A stretch of 36,756 nt of DNA from assembly GCA_900128395.1 (NCBI GenBank), contig LT649334.1, positions 1-36,756 on the forward strand. The letters run 5' to 3'. The position numbers and the translations under genes are program-made. Below, one piece after another: positions 11,401-20,778 of the stretch. Every line of letters begins with the position of its first letter. Position 1 is the first letter of the stretch. The notes beneath the pieces are model-generated. The model saw only the letters and a list, made by a program, of their open reading frames with translations. It was not told the DNA's origin and did no database searches. This stretch comes from Stramenopiles sp. TOSAG23-2 (Eukaryota).

Positions 11401-13992
11401 GCTCTACCCGCATTTTCTAAAAGTGGAAAGACTACTGAGTTGATAGATTTGTTAATGATTGGATGTGAAGATGGTACACTTCGTTTGGGTACGTTGAATA
11501 ATTTTGTTCATGATGTTGATAAAACGATGTCCATTTCGTTATTAGGATCATCTTCTATAATAAATGTTATTAAATATATTGATGACTTCAACGTAGTAAT
11601 ATGTGGATCAATGGATGGTAATGTATATCTATTTTATTTTGCCATGGAAGGAAACATTGTTGATGGACTAACCATGAAAGAAAAACAAGCAACTCGTGTG
11701 TTCGAACATCATAGCCGACCTGTCTTTTCGTTACAGTATATGAGTGAAAGTCAATGCATTTTATCAGCTGGATTGGATGAAGTCATATTGCTTTGGAGCG
11801 TATCTGACTTTTCTGTGTTGAGTTACATAAAGACTGGTATATCTTCGAAATGTGCTATTGGATTGGAAGATGTAGGCCAAGTAATTTCATTAGATGCACG
11901 CGTTGTCTTGCTAAACGGGCACTTTCATCAAGGATTTCGCGTCTGGAATTTATATGGTGGAAAGGGTTTACAAATGATAGAGTTAACAGGCAGTTTTCCT
12001 ATTGCTCCATTGGTAAGTGGCGCAAAAATACAAGAATCAAACGTTGAAGGTGCATGTGGTGCAATGTTGTATGATCCAGCAAATGACAATTTTATCTTAG
12101 GTTCTCATAATTTAAGGCGAATCCAGAAACGAAAAAGATTTAGCCCAAACATTTTTGCATCTCACGAAAAGGAAATTGTATCGATATTTGTTTTAGATAG
12201 TTTGGTGGATAGTAAATCGAACACATTAAATTTTTTGGACGATGATGCTGCCATACGAATACTTTCTGTAAGCGCTCTTGGTTCGGTCAGAACATGGGAA
12301 AGCCATACGGGTCAAAATTGCGGAGTGTTTAATATTATGAATACTTTAACTTTTCCAACCAAAGGTGGTGGAAACAATAATAGTAGTGTTGAAGTATGTA
12401 GTGCAACATGTGATATTGCCTGCACTCGAGTATTTATTGGCTTGACAAATGGTTTAGTAACTGCTTGGAGAATATTAAATGGAAAATTCATTTCACAGTA
12501 TTATGCAATGGAAAAAAGTCCTGTGAGATCGTTATCACTATCACCAAATTCAGATATTTTATGCAGTGGTTTAGATAATGGAATGACAGTCACATGGAAT
12601 TTAGAGGATTTGGCAGATGGAACGTCTGATCTTATAAATGGTAATTTTCTTCGACCAACCTCTTCCATATTACATGAATCACAAGTGACTTCTATATCTG
12701 TCATAAATTTCGAGGGAACAACTTTTCTTTTCTACGGTGATAAGGAACCAGGTATTTCATATTGGAAATATAAAAAGTATACTCCGATTGATGTATTAGG
12801 TACGCAATGGTATTTTGGCAAAAACCGGCAAGAGGTGGAAGATGGCATTACTGAAATGTGTCAAATGGATGGAGCACCTATACCAACCATTGTTACTTCT
12901 TGCGGTGATGGATACTTGCGTATATACCATTCGTCCTATTTCCACCGCTTGCAATTATTAGAGCAACGATATTCAGGTGGATCAAGTGACCAGACCACTC
13001 CGTGTACATCAATTGCGTGTCGCCAGACGCATTCGATATCGGCAAACGTGAATAAAAATCTATTTGCTCAAGAAAGTGAATTTGAAAAGAAGCATTTTAA
13101 AATTGTTGTGTCAGATATGGGAGGTGGGATACACCTATGGAGTTGTACAATTGTAAAGTTTCTCAATTTGATTTACGAATCATTTCCAATTCAGCTAATG
13201 AAAGATTCATCATGGAACATAAATGACAATGATCATCCTACTTTGAATGCAGGAAAAGTTTGTTTTGCAACCAAAGTTGATATCTGTAATGATTCTAGAT
13301 ATGTAATTGCCGCTGGCAATGACAATCGTATTTATATGTATTTATGTAATGGCATTTTATTGGGAACGTTCGGACAAGATGGAGCTTGGAAATTACCAAA
13401 AAGTAAAAAAGAACTTAATCGTTACGTTATGCGGAGCAACATGCAAATTGATCGAAAGTATAATGAAGATGACGATGATGTAACAAATGGAATGTCACCA
13501 GCTGAATTTATCAACACTCCTAATCGTCGTAACCGTGGCCGTGCAGGTGTTTTCTCTAGTGGCGATGATAGCACTGGTACAATACCTTTTAGCCGTGAAT
13601 CAACACGATGGAAAACTGCTCCAAATTTATATTTGCAAAATACTATTAAAGCAATTAACATTATTAATGATGGAACTATTATGGATGAAAGTTTAGCGAA
13701 TACTGGTGAAATATATCATATAACAAGTGACAAAGGCATGGAAGCTTTGAAAAAATTAGCAACGCACACTATAAGCCCATCGCTAATTACGAAAAATTTA
13801 TACGTTAGAAGACCACTTACAACTACAATTGATAAAGAGAAAGAAAAATTAAAGTCAAGGCTAGCATCTAGGCAGACGAAGATATTGCCACAAACACCAT
13901 TACAGACGTTTAAATCCATTCAAATATATACAAATCTTGGAAAGGAAGGCGAGGAAGGAAGTGGGGATGTAGTTGATGGCGAATATATATGA
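8491..13992 (+). CDS. Degenerate NACHT/P-loop-like N-terminal domain + WD40 repeat protein with WDR49/EFCAB8/WDR64-like C-terminal half
   Basis: The ORF track starts at TTG 8398; the first ATG is 8491 (MRLHSS). Walker A-like SSGAGCST and Walker B-like IVFLIDGVD; WD40 blades (VICGSMDGNVYLF, HHSRPVFSL..ILSAGLDEVILLWSV, LCSGLDNGMTVTWNL); terminal GTFGQDGAW motif recalls the WDR49/WDR64 group. Confidence 0.75.
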   Translation: MRLHSSLSSGAYVKRKGTPLGTLTSKKIESFNFSRNSNNSFHDISYNEDQNSSIKFDQYSAPPSTSHSYISDNSRSISYSRQSVEVASLFDESLENFTYTTSTLLHSTIESAISENRHILCRSFSSGAGCSTALENLIMERREIDPMQITSYMTIQHCREHKDFLFQARRVFPSLGSEIRRIQTILESKEFLKDQEIEILNVLQKSSLMIENNSYLSNENGRTTTQVSKLISAISQHLQIVFLIDGVDSLHDRDNEGTNYDDVQDFLVCFPSNICLLLSVQSNYGLCTTWTQNGYITIDFPQIQKSQKENLLKKCLKDKPYNYFAICNDVLLQELYNPLEISIVVTHLVRTIDIIFKPKDNEQNIETEDKKGIDVSGDPNNMYVDDNIIELENCIESCCLYLRSVYLRQGLHGVIESTLDQLEELFGNNGNIVKLFSLLLLSPSPVSLSYLSMFSGMTTNLIAKIVNTNSSLLKWIGEKNEIDATPIENRAICFATYQAWETIKYRYFGARKMLHQAEALYVRDFLHGMSSFTYATCVSFENIYPSFPTNTKLAAAVGMLNSACIQLHRNCPSLALEMVKNSLKMTRSITGATNIQANDEENKLNALQLKQALLILEKLCEIGTAGIVPLLTSKVKNTNSGSNNLMTRPLTRHKSKLKPVKKVSTNDAKKEQNGEGGGKSTNSMKAPMKTPESLLNKLQEVVNGKTIELLEIAFREEGEGVAALNRKNKAKARKRVMPRLTKIKEINNRHVSKLKAASIREKETFNTYTLSRKRFQNALRKVFAKKIFSDSDINVIFDTMSWKASDASGTNPLIVKTVSWKTFVDILQSGAKERNFHLVTWERNEEDKIIQPRNLLSKPKRFRYIMDKIIEIPNSNMILRLAKNGLLSVYKKDSNSFLKHISLMDKDLIATDMCYIESSKVCAVTVRRNEPPAFSAVYFYEPLAEWLLSDIKINFKGLDSPPTAISSYYGALPAFSKSGKTTELIDLLMIGCEDGTLRLGTLNNFVHDVDKTMSISLLGSSSIINVIKYIDDFNVVICGSMDGNVYLFYFAMEGNIVDGLTMKEKQATRVFEHHSRPVFSLQYMSESQCILSAGLDEVILLWSVSDFSVLSYIKTGISSKCAIGLEDVGQVISLDARVVLLNGHFHQGFRVWNLYGGKGLQMIELTGSFPIAPLVSGAKIQESNVEGACGAMLYDPANDNFILGSHNLRRIQKRKRFSPNIFASHEKEIVSIFVLDSLVDSKSNTLNFLDDDAAIRILSVSALGSVRTWESHTGQNCGVFNIMNTLTFPTKGGGNNNSSVEVCSATCDIACTRVFIGLTNGLVTAWRILNGKFISQYYAMEKSPVRSLSLSPNSDILCSGLDNGMTVTWNLEDLADGTSDLINGNFLRPTSSILHESQVTSISVINFEGTTFLFYGDKEPGISYWKYKKYTPIDVLGTQWYFGKNRQEVEDGITEMCQMDGAPIPTIVTSCGDGYLRIYHSSYFHRLQLLEQRYSGGSSDQTTPCTSIACRQTHSISANVNKNLFAQESEFEKKHFKIVVSDMGGGIHLWSCTIVKFLNLIYESFPIQLMKDSSWNINDNDHPTLNAGKVCFATKVDICNDSRYVIAAGNDNRIYMYLCNGILLGTFGQDGAWKLPKSKKELNRYVMRSNMQIDRKYNEDDDDVTNGMSPAEFINTPNRRNRGRAGVFSSGDDSTGTIPFSRESTRWKTAPNLYLQNTIKAINIINDGTIMDESLANTGEIYHITSDKGMEALKKLATHTISPSLITKNLYVRRPLTTTIDKEKEKLKSRLASRQTKILPQTPLQTFKSIQIYTNLGKEGEEGSGDVVDGEYI

Positions 13993-14301
13993 TGATATGA
14001 CGAAAAGTAATGCAAGGAGTGAAAATGGAAAATAAAGTTTCAGTACGTATCTCAGAGTTTTTATTTTATACGTTCGTACGTAGAAGTATGCATATGTAAT
14101 AAATGATATATAGTATCATATTCGTACGAGTTAGGATATACACGAATTTGAAATAAATGGTTGCCGCCGAGAGATTTAAAAAAAAATATGCTATGGCATA
14201 TATCTGATTACGAAAAAATATGTACGAAGTACTTCGTATGTGCATATATATATTATATATCATTATATATTAGAGTATAAATTAATGCAATAACTTATAT
14301 G

Positions 14302-14403
14302 TTTTAATTTACTCACGATAATTCCTATACTCTCCCAGAAAGAATACAATAACTGAGACAAATCTATCTCACTAAACTGAAAGATGGACAATGAATCGTA
14401 ACA
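14302..14403 (+). repeat. 102-bp dispersed repeat, copy 1
   Basis: ttttaatttactcacgat...gatggacaatgaatcgtaaca is the exact reverse complement of 31527-31628. Confidence 0.97.
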
Positions 14404-14705
14404 TTGCGATAGGATATATATAATATATACTGATATATTTTTCTAAAAAACACTTTAAACACACACATAAAACATTATTACACGTACGAAATCATTTATT
14501 TTATGTGTACACTCTTGTATATCATAACACTTTTAAGCGTAATTTTAAAATAATCGAAGCGTATATATATATAAAATATACTTTCGTATCATTTCTTTAG
14601 TGTGTCACAAAATAAAAACATAGCGAAGCTACTGTATTTTCTGTGGAGATATCATTAAAAAAGATATGATAAAATAACAGGCGCTGTAATCACGATATCA
14701 TATTT

Positions 14706-15668
14706 TTACGCAATAATTCCATTATTTAATTTGCGTCTTTTCATTCTTTCAGCTCGTTCTTTTTCTTGATCCCTTGCTACAAATACACCTTGATTTCGAT
14801 TCATTAATTTTCGTCTCTTCATTCTTTCGGCTCGTTGTTTTTTTTGATCAACCAACTTCTTTTCCTCTTCTTTTTTCAACCTTGCTTCTTCCATTTCTTT
14901 TGCTTTCCTTAACTTCTCTTTTTCTTTTCTTTGTCTTTCTTTCATTTTTTTAAGTGTTTTCGGTGCTATAGGTCGTTTTGGTAAAGGGTATTTTGCACAA
15001 CCAGCTTCTATGCGAGTTATACCGCGCCCTTCAAACCATTCATTGCCATAAGCATGTGCAATTTGTTCATTCGTTGTGACATCATGACTCAATTGGTATG
15101 CTCTTCCTGCCATTTCGCTCTTTGAAGTACCGAAATGATTCGACGTCGCTTGAAGAGTTGGCCATTCGGTTTTACCAGGTGAAGATGCAAATTGCATAAT
15201 ACTACCAGGAATATCGGTTGGATCAATAACTCCATATTGTGTAACATCGTCCAAAAAAAAATGTATTTGTCGATCATCATTTTTTTCATTTTCTGGTGTT
15301 ATTCGCTCACGTTTCCCCCAGTATATAAATTGATATCCGCGTTTCAAAGGATAACGTGCAACTAAAATTTTACCATGAATTGGATTTGGGTGCTGGACCA
15401 CTTTACATGCACCATCCCCTTTCTGCAAATGATGTTTGCAATATGGTATAAATTGATTCTTTGCCCATTTATGATTACATACTGCACCATTGGTTTTTCT
15501 AGCCCAACATATTCCTTCTCTTCTTTGATGCGCTGGAGGTTTTGATGGCTTTTTCTTCACAGTCGTGGTGGAAGAACCATTACTAGTGCTTTTCGTCTTC
15601 TTTTTTTTCTTCATAGATGAAGAAGACGCTTCATTATTATTTTTTTGTTGTAAAACTTTTCGTGGCAT
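14706..15668 (-). CDS. Zn-knuckle + divergent SET-domain protein with Lys/Glu-rich coiled-coil tail, 320 aa
   Basis: C-x9-C-x12-C-x2-H motif; SET-like elements HGKILVA..LKRG..FIYWG, IDP..GSIMQFASSP and HDVTTNEQIAHAYGNEWF; basic NLS-like tracts. Confidence 0.65.
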   Translation of the reverse strand: MPRKVLQQKNNNEASSSSMKKKKKTKSTSNGSSTTTVKKKPSKPPAHQRREGICWARKTNGAVCNHKWAKNQFIPYCKHHLQKGDGACKVVQHPNPIHGKILVARYPLKRGYQFIYWGKRERITPENEKNDDRQIHFFLDDVTQYGVIDPTDIPGSIMQFASSPGKTEWPTLQATSNHFGTSKSEMAGRAYQLSHDVTTNEQIAHAYGNEWFEGRGITRIEAGCAKYPLPKRPIAPKTLKKMKERQRKEKEKLRKAKEMEEARLKKEEEKKLVDQKKQRAERMKRRKLMNRNQGVFVARDQEKERAERMKRRKLNNGIIA

Positions 15669-16219
15669 GTTAATATATATGTGTCTGTGTGGGTATATAT
15701 ATATATATCTCCTTACATAAATTAATATTAATACCTAAAATGAATTGAATTCAAATGAAAATAAATTCAATAAAAGTAAATCTATCAATCTATCAATCTA
15801 TCTAGTACTATTAATCTTATAATTTTTAAATAATAATTTGAATTTGAAATTCTTCTGTAGTAGAGTTGCTAGATGATGTTCTGAGTTCTGAGTGGCAAGG
15901 AAAATCTCTAGTTCTAGTTCAATGCTATTATTTTGCTATTTATGGCCCATAGGAAATTGCTTTTCTAGTGGGGTTTTAGTATTTATTCAAGTATTTTTGA
16001 CTATTAATACAGTATAGTACCAGGTATAAGGTTTCCTTTTGTATAATTAATTATTAGTCGTCTGGCTAAAAGATATAAAACTATATTTTATAGAGCATCA
16101 TACACTGACAGCGCATCTATATCTATAATACCATTATAGAAACACATACTCTGATACGTATAAAACAGATACTAATGCTTCCCTTCTACAACTTTTTCTC
16201 TTCTTTTCTGCGTATTCCT

Positions 16220-17824
16220 TTATATTACTGGTTTCCATAATCGCCATTTTCTATCATGGCATCCTGTTACTAAAAAGTCACCATTTTGCCCCCAAGCAAC
16301 ATCAAAAACATGATCTTCATGCCCTAACAACGTATCAATGCATTTATATGTATACATGTCCCATATTTTAGCAGTACCATCACCACTAGTAGTAGCTAAT
16401 GCTCTACCATACGGTGAAAATGATACACGTTTACATTCACCTTCATGATCACTTAATACAGCAGTTGGTCTCCACATTCTGCAATCCCATACACGGCAAG
16501 TACCATCGTCACTACCAGTTGCTAATGCAACACCATTTGGACTAAAATCAACACCAATGATATCATCTCGATGACCTTCTAAACTTTTTACAGGTTTTTG
16601 TCTCCCTTCCCTTGGATCCCAAATTAATGTCATCCAATCGAACGAGACACTAGCAAGTAAACCACCACGGCTATAACCAGGAGGTTGAAAACATAATCCA
16701 TATACACTGTTGCGATGACCTTCGTAACGATCAATTTGTCGATGCGTCTCAATGTCCCATAATATAATTGTACGATCATCCGATGCAGTTGCTAGCATAT
16801 TTTCATAAAATGCCATCCCATTCACTTCATCTTCATGTCCACTAAATTTTGCTAAATGTTTACCATTATCCAAACGCCATAGACGGCATGTTTGATCACT
16901 TGATACAGTACCAACAAGATTTGGATGATCTTTCGCAAATTTTGCTGCATATAAACCTTTACGATGTTGACCTTTTAATGTTGTCATAATGGCATCGCGC
17001 TCTAAATCATATATAATACATGTTCTATCCCATGAAGCAGATGCAACTAATGGCCTTGTTGGATGTACATCGACGCCATGCACCGGATCAGTGTGTAAAT
17101 CATATGTTTCAACTAATTTATAATCAGACAATAGCAGATCTTCCATGTCACGTGGTATCTCCGAATCGTATAATGCAGAGCTATCTACTTTATAACGTGT
17201 CTTCTTGTCAAGCATAGGCGATGGACTTGTAGCGCTCCCTTTGATCATTTCTTCATCCTCATCCTCACTACTACCATCACCATTTTTAGAATCTATATTA
17301 TTATCCCCATCAATATCATGCCTACTACCATTCCTACCTCTACGACCAACCTTCTCTTTGTCATTGCTGTTCACCCCAACCATTGCGATTTCTTCCAATT
17401 CATCTGCTAATTTTTGTTTTTCCTTCGTTTGTGCATCTAATTCCAATAAAGTTGCTTGAAGCTGTTTTTTTAATTCTTGATTTTCCTGTTCTAATTTACC
17501 TAAGCGTGCATTTAATTTTGTACGTATCATAATGTTTTTATCCCATCCAGTTTGTAACTTGGTTAATATGTTTCGTACAGTATCAGATTCTGATACTTTA
17601 GATCCTTCTTGGTCTCCTTTATACAATGGCCCTAATTTATCATCGTTATCATCCTTTCCATCATACACTTGTATTAATTGTTTTGTATTTAAGTGCCTTC
17701 TGCATACTGGACAAGATGATTCTTGTTTCAACCATTCTAATATGTGTTTATGACAAAAAACATGGCCACATGGTGTTACAGTCGGTACTTCCGACTGTTC
17801 CTCAAAACATATACGGCATTTCAT
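16220..17824 (-). CDS. RING finger + coiled coil + 7-bladed WD40 protein, putative E3 ubiquitin ligase, 534 aa
   Basis: First ATG at 17824 (MKCRICF). RING CRIC...CGHVFCHKH...W...CPVC; heptad coil; canonical GH...WD repeats (GHEDEVNG..ASDDRTIILWD, GHRDDIIG..GSDDGTCRVWD). Confidence 0.92.
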   Translation of the reverse strand: MKCRICFEEQSEVPTVTPCGHVFCHKHILEWLKQESSCPVCRRHLNTKQLIQVYDGKDDNDDKLGPLYKGDQEGSKVSESDTVRNILTKLQTGWDKNIMIRTKLNARLGKLEQENQELKKQLQATLLELDAQTKEKQKLADELEEIAMVGVNSNDKEKVGRRGRNGSRHDIDGDNNIDSKNGDGSSEDEDEEMIKGSATSPSPMLDKKTRYKVDSSALYDSEIPRDMEDLLLSDYKLVETYDLHTDPVHGVDVHPTRPLVASASWDRTCIIYDLERDAIMTTLKGQHRKGLYAAKFAKDHPNLVGTVSSDQTCRLWRLDNGKHLAKFSGHEDEVNGMAFYENMLATASDDRTIILWDIETHRQIDRYEGHRNSVYGLCFQPPGYSRGGLLASVSFDWMTLIWDPREGRQKPVKSLEGHRDDIIGVDFSPNGVALATGSDDGTCRVWDCRMWRPTAVLSDHEGECKRVSFSPYGRALATTSGDGTAKIWDMYTYKCIDTLLGHEDHVFDVAWGQNGDFLVTGCHDRKWRLWKPVI

Positions 17825-18579
17825 CGTATTTAAATATATCAATATATATATATATATATATACCTAGTAACTATTTAAAACACACACAATAACAACAACA
17901 CTTGTATACCAAAACAACAACAAAATATATAAAAAAAACGTGTTATATACACAAATGCACACAAAAGAAAGATACAATCAAGTAATAGTAATAATAATAA
18001 ATAAATAAAACAAAAATTTTATTTTTTTCAAAAATTACTAAATGTGTAATAAACTATCTCTCTGTAACTTTCATAAACCTAATGTAGAGGACTGGAAATA
18101 ATATATTTTCACATAACACACAATTCTATAAACGTCTAATGAAATGTCATACCCGTCGATTAACAGTTTAAGTTTTTGATTGTGATTTGATTATTTTCGC
18201 TATTTCAATAACTAGCAAATATACCTAGTATAATTTTGTATTTGAATATAAATAGGAAATAACGTAGCTAGTAGTATCTATATACTAAGAAACTTAAAAT
18301 TCGATTTTTCATGAGCATTATTTTAGCATCTTCTTATCTCCTCCTTAATTTTATGTGCTTAAATCTTCTCTTCTTCTTTCATGGTCTTTTTCTTCTTCTT
18401 TGCACTCTTCTTTCTTCTCAATAAAAAAAATGAATAAATGATGAACGAACATGATCTATTTCATCAATTTATAAAGTAATAGATTATAATAGATGGAAGG
18501 TACAAGAAATATACATATATATATAAATAGATATATTAAGATATAAATTATATTTATAACAACAATCATCATCATCATC

Positions 18580-19404
18580 ATGAGAAGAGCATTGTTGAAT
18601 GTAGCAAAACATGTGGGGAGAAGTGCGCGGTATAATACAAAGAATGTAACAAGAACCATTCCAAATATTATATCAACATCCATACTGTCTACCACCACTA
18701 ACTTTAATAGTAATATGAGGAGGAATAATATGTTTTTTTCTACTGATGCAGCTGCTGATGATACTAGTGCATCACCGGAAGACAACAACTTGACGCTCGC
18801 GTATGGACAATCATTGGTGAATATGATGCCTCACTCTATCTACGAAGCGCAATATGTATTGGGTGAATTATGTTTAGTCATTGATCCTTCATCCGTAATC
18901 GAAGTGCTTACTTTTTTAAGAGACCATACTAGCTGTCAATATAAGTGTTTAATGGATGTAACAGCAGTTGACTATCCAGAACGTGATGCAAGGTTTGAAA
19001 TCGTATACAACCTGTTGAGTGTGAAATACAATTCAAGAATTAGGGTAAAGACTTCTGTCACTGAGTTGCAACCACTTGATTCAGCTACGGAAGTATATGC
19101 AGCTGCTGGATGGTATGAACGTGAAATCTTCGACTTGTTCGGTACATTTTTTAATAACCATAGTGATTTACGCCGTATATTAACTGATTATGGTTTTGAT
19201 GGACATCCAATGAGAAAGGATTTCCCATTGACTGGATACGATTCCGCTGAATATGACGAGACAGAAAAGACTATTGTTATGAGACCGTTAGAATTAGCAC
19301 AAGAGTTTCGTAGCTTTGATTTCCAATCACCATGGGATCAAGTAACACCTGCACAACCTGATATTGTTCATATTGATGCTGGTGATAAAGATGAGGATAA
19401 GTAA
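18580..19404 (+). CDS. NDUFS3: NADH:ubiquinone oxidoreductase 30 kDa subunit (NDUFS3/Nad9/NuoC), nuclear-encoded with mitochondrial presequence
   Basis: Signature motifs DVTAVDYP..RFEIVYNLLS..NSRIRVKT, WYEREIFDLFG, DLRRILTDYGFDGHPMRKDFPLTGY, ELAQEFRSFDFQSPW. The first ~55 aa are Arg/Ser/Thr-rich, lack acidic residues and end RRNNMFFST. Confidence 0.98.
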   Translation: MRRALLNVAKHVGRSARYNTKNVTRTIPNIISTSILSTTTNFNSNMRRNNMFFSTDAAADDTSASPEDNNLTLAYGQSLVNMMPHSIYEAQYVLGELCLVIDPSSVIEVLTFLRDHTSCQYKCLMDVTAVDYPERDARFEIVYNLLSVKYNSRIRVKTSVTELQPLDSATEVYAAAGWYEREIFDLFGTFFNNHSDLRRILTDYGFDGHPMRKDFPLTGYDSAEYDETEKTIVMRPLELAQEFRSFDFQSPWDQVTPAQPDIVHIDAGDKDEDK

Positions 19405-19792
19405 ATTAGTGATATATTGTTTTTCATTAATTTTATATATAAATATTTATTGGACAAAATTAAAATATATTTTGTGTAAGTGTGCATATGAAACTTTGGT
19501 ATACGCCTGGATAGAAACAGCGAATGAAGGATCATGGAATATATTTTATATATATATAAATTTTACTTATTTTTTTATAATACACTCGTATATTATTTTC
19601 TACATCTAGTGTGCGTGTAAAATATATATTCTTTTTATGTATAACTATTAATGAAAATACACTCTAGAAAATAATTTACATTTGACTTGGTGAAAAAGTC
19701 ACAAAGAATTTATTGTTTTTGATGAAAGTTGTTTACATGGGAAGGGCAATATAATTATTCTATTGTTGAAACGTTTAAAGCAACAATTCATT

Positions 19793-20032
19793 CTAATCTT
19801 TCTTTGGTGGTGGACCAATAGGCTGTAACATACTTTCTAACATATTCAATCGCTCTCTTTCTATATGTGAATTTCTTGCAATGGAATTAAATACTAAAAA
19901 ATCTTTATGACCGACTGTAGATGCAGCACTATCCCGACGTATATTCGTCATAAATTCATGCTTCGTAGTATCTGCATCACCCATACTAGGATGTGCTCCA
20001 TTTTTCTTGCTCCTTCGTATATTGGCATTCAT
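19793..20032 (-). CDS. SF3B5: Splicing factor 3B subunit 5 (SF3b10/Ysf3), 79 aa
   Basis: GDADTTKHEFMTNIRRDSAASTVGH...IARN....RERLNMLESMLQPIGPPP matches the family pattern GxADTTKxEW..N..RDS..S..GH...IAEN...R.R.N..EKM.QPCGPP; length is typical. Confidence 0.9.
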   Translation of the reverse strand: MNANIRRSKKNGAHPSMGDADTTKHEFMTNIRRDSAASTVGHKDFLVFNSIARNSHIERERLNMLESMLQPIGPPPKKD

Positions 20033-20778
20033 GACATATATTACTATAGTGAATAATAGAATCTTTCTATTTACAGAAAATGGAATGCAGAAATTAATGT
20101 AGAAGGATATTTACATGTGTATGGCTAATATTTTTTATTGCAAGCAAGCTAGACCCGTTTGTTGTTATGTATTTTAGTCGTCTAAGTGGACTAAGAAAAC
20201 AACAACAAAAAAAAGTTTTAGTTATTGTGTTATTGTGTGACATGATATTTTTGATAGAAAATTGTACTTATTAGAATAATCAACAACCTTGAATGATTGA
20301 AAGAAGTTGAAAGCACGTTGAACTTTTAGTTTCATTTTTTTTGCAGGTTTGGTTGATATTAATAAGGCTTGAAAACGTTTGCCATAATATCAATATGGGG
20401 ATGCACGATGGTTTTATTATATGTATAACTATTTACAATAGTCAGAATTTTAATAAGCAACACATAACTGTGCTAATTTTCTGTCATCTATTCTATAGTA
20501 CTATAATAAAAATATTGTTCTACCATTCCAGCATCATTAATAATAATAAATATACACATGCACGTAATATTTATAATTTATATAGTGGATATATATAACA
20601 AGCATATTAAACACTGTAAAAAGATCATCACAGCCACACAAATATCAATTTATACGTAATAACAATTGACAACTATTTGTATTTTATTTCAATGCTTCTA
20701 TTAAAAGAAAGAATGTCAACATAACTTTACATAGTATATATATATATATATATATTTAGTTTTATTAAATAAGTGAAC

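Noticed and set aside
14302-14403. Box C/D or H/ACA snoRNA, snRNA, tRNA-derived SINE or SECIS identity for the repeat
   Set aside because: Two CTGA words and a terminal ACA are present, but I found no box C, two-hairpin H/ACA layout, A/B boxes or SECIS core.
20325-20350. Splice-acceptor-like pyrimidine tract + CAG/G (also near 35895-35915 and 36210-36221)
   Set aside because: No coding exon requires them and no matching donor was identified; UTR introns cannot be shown without transcripts.
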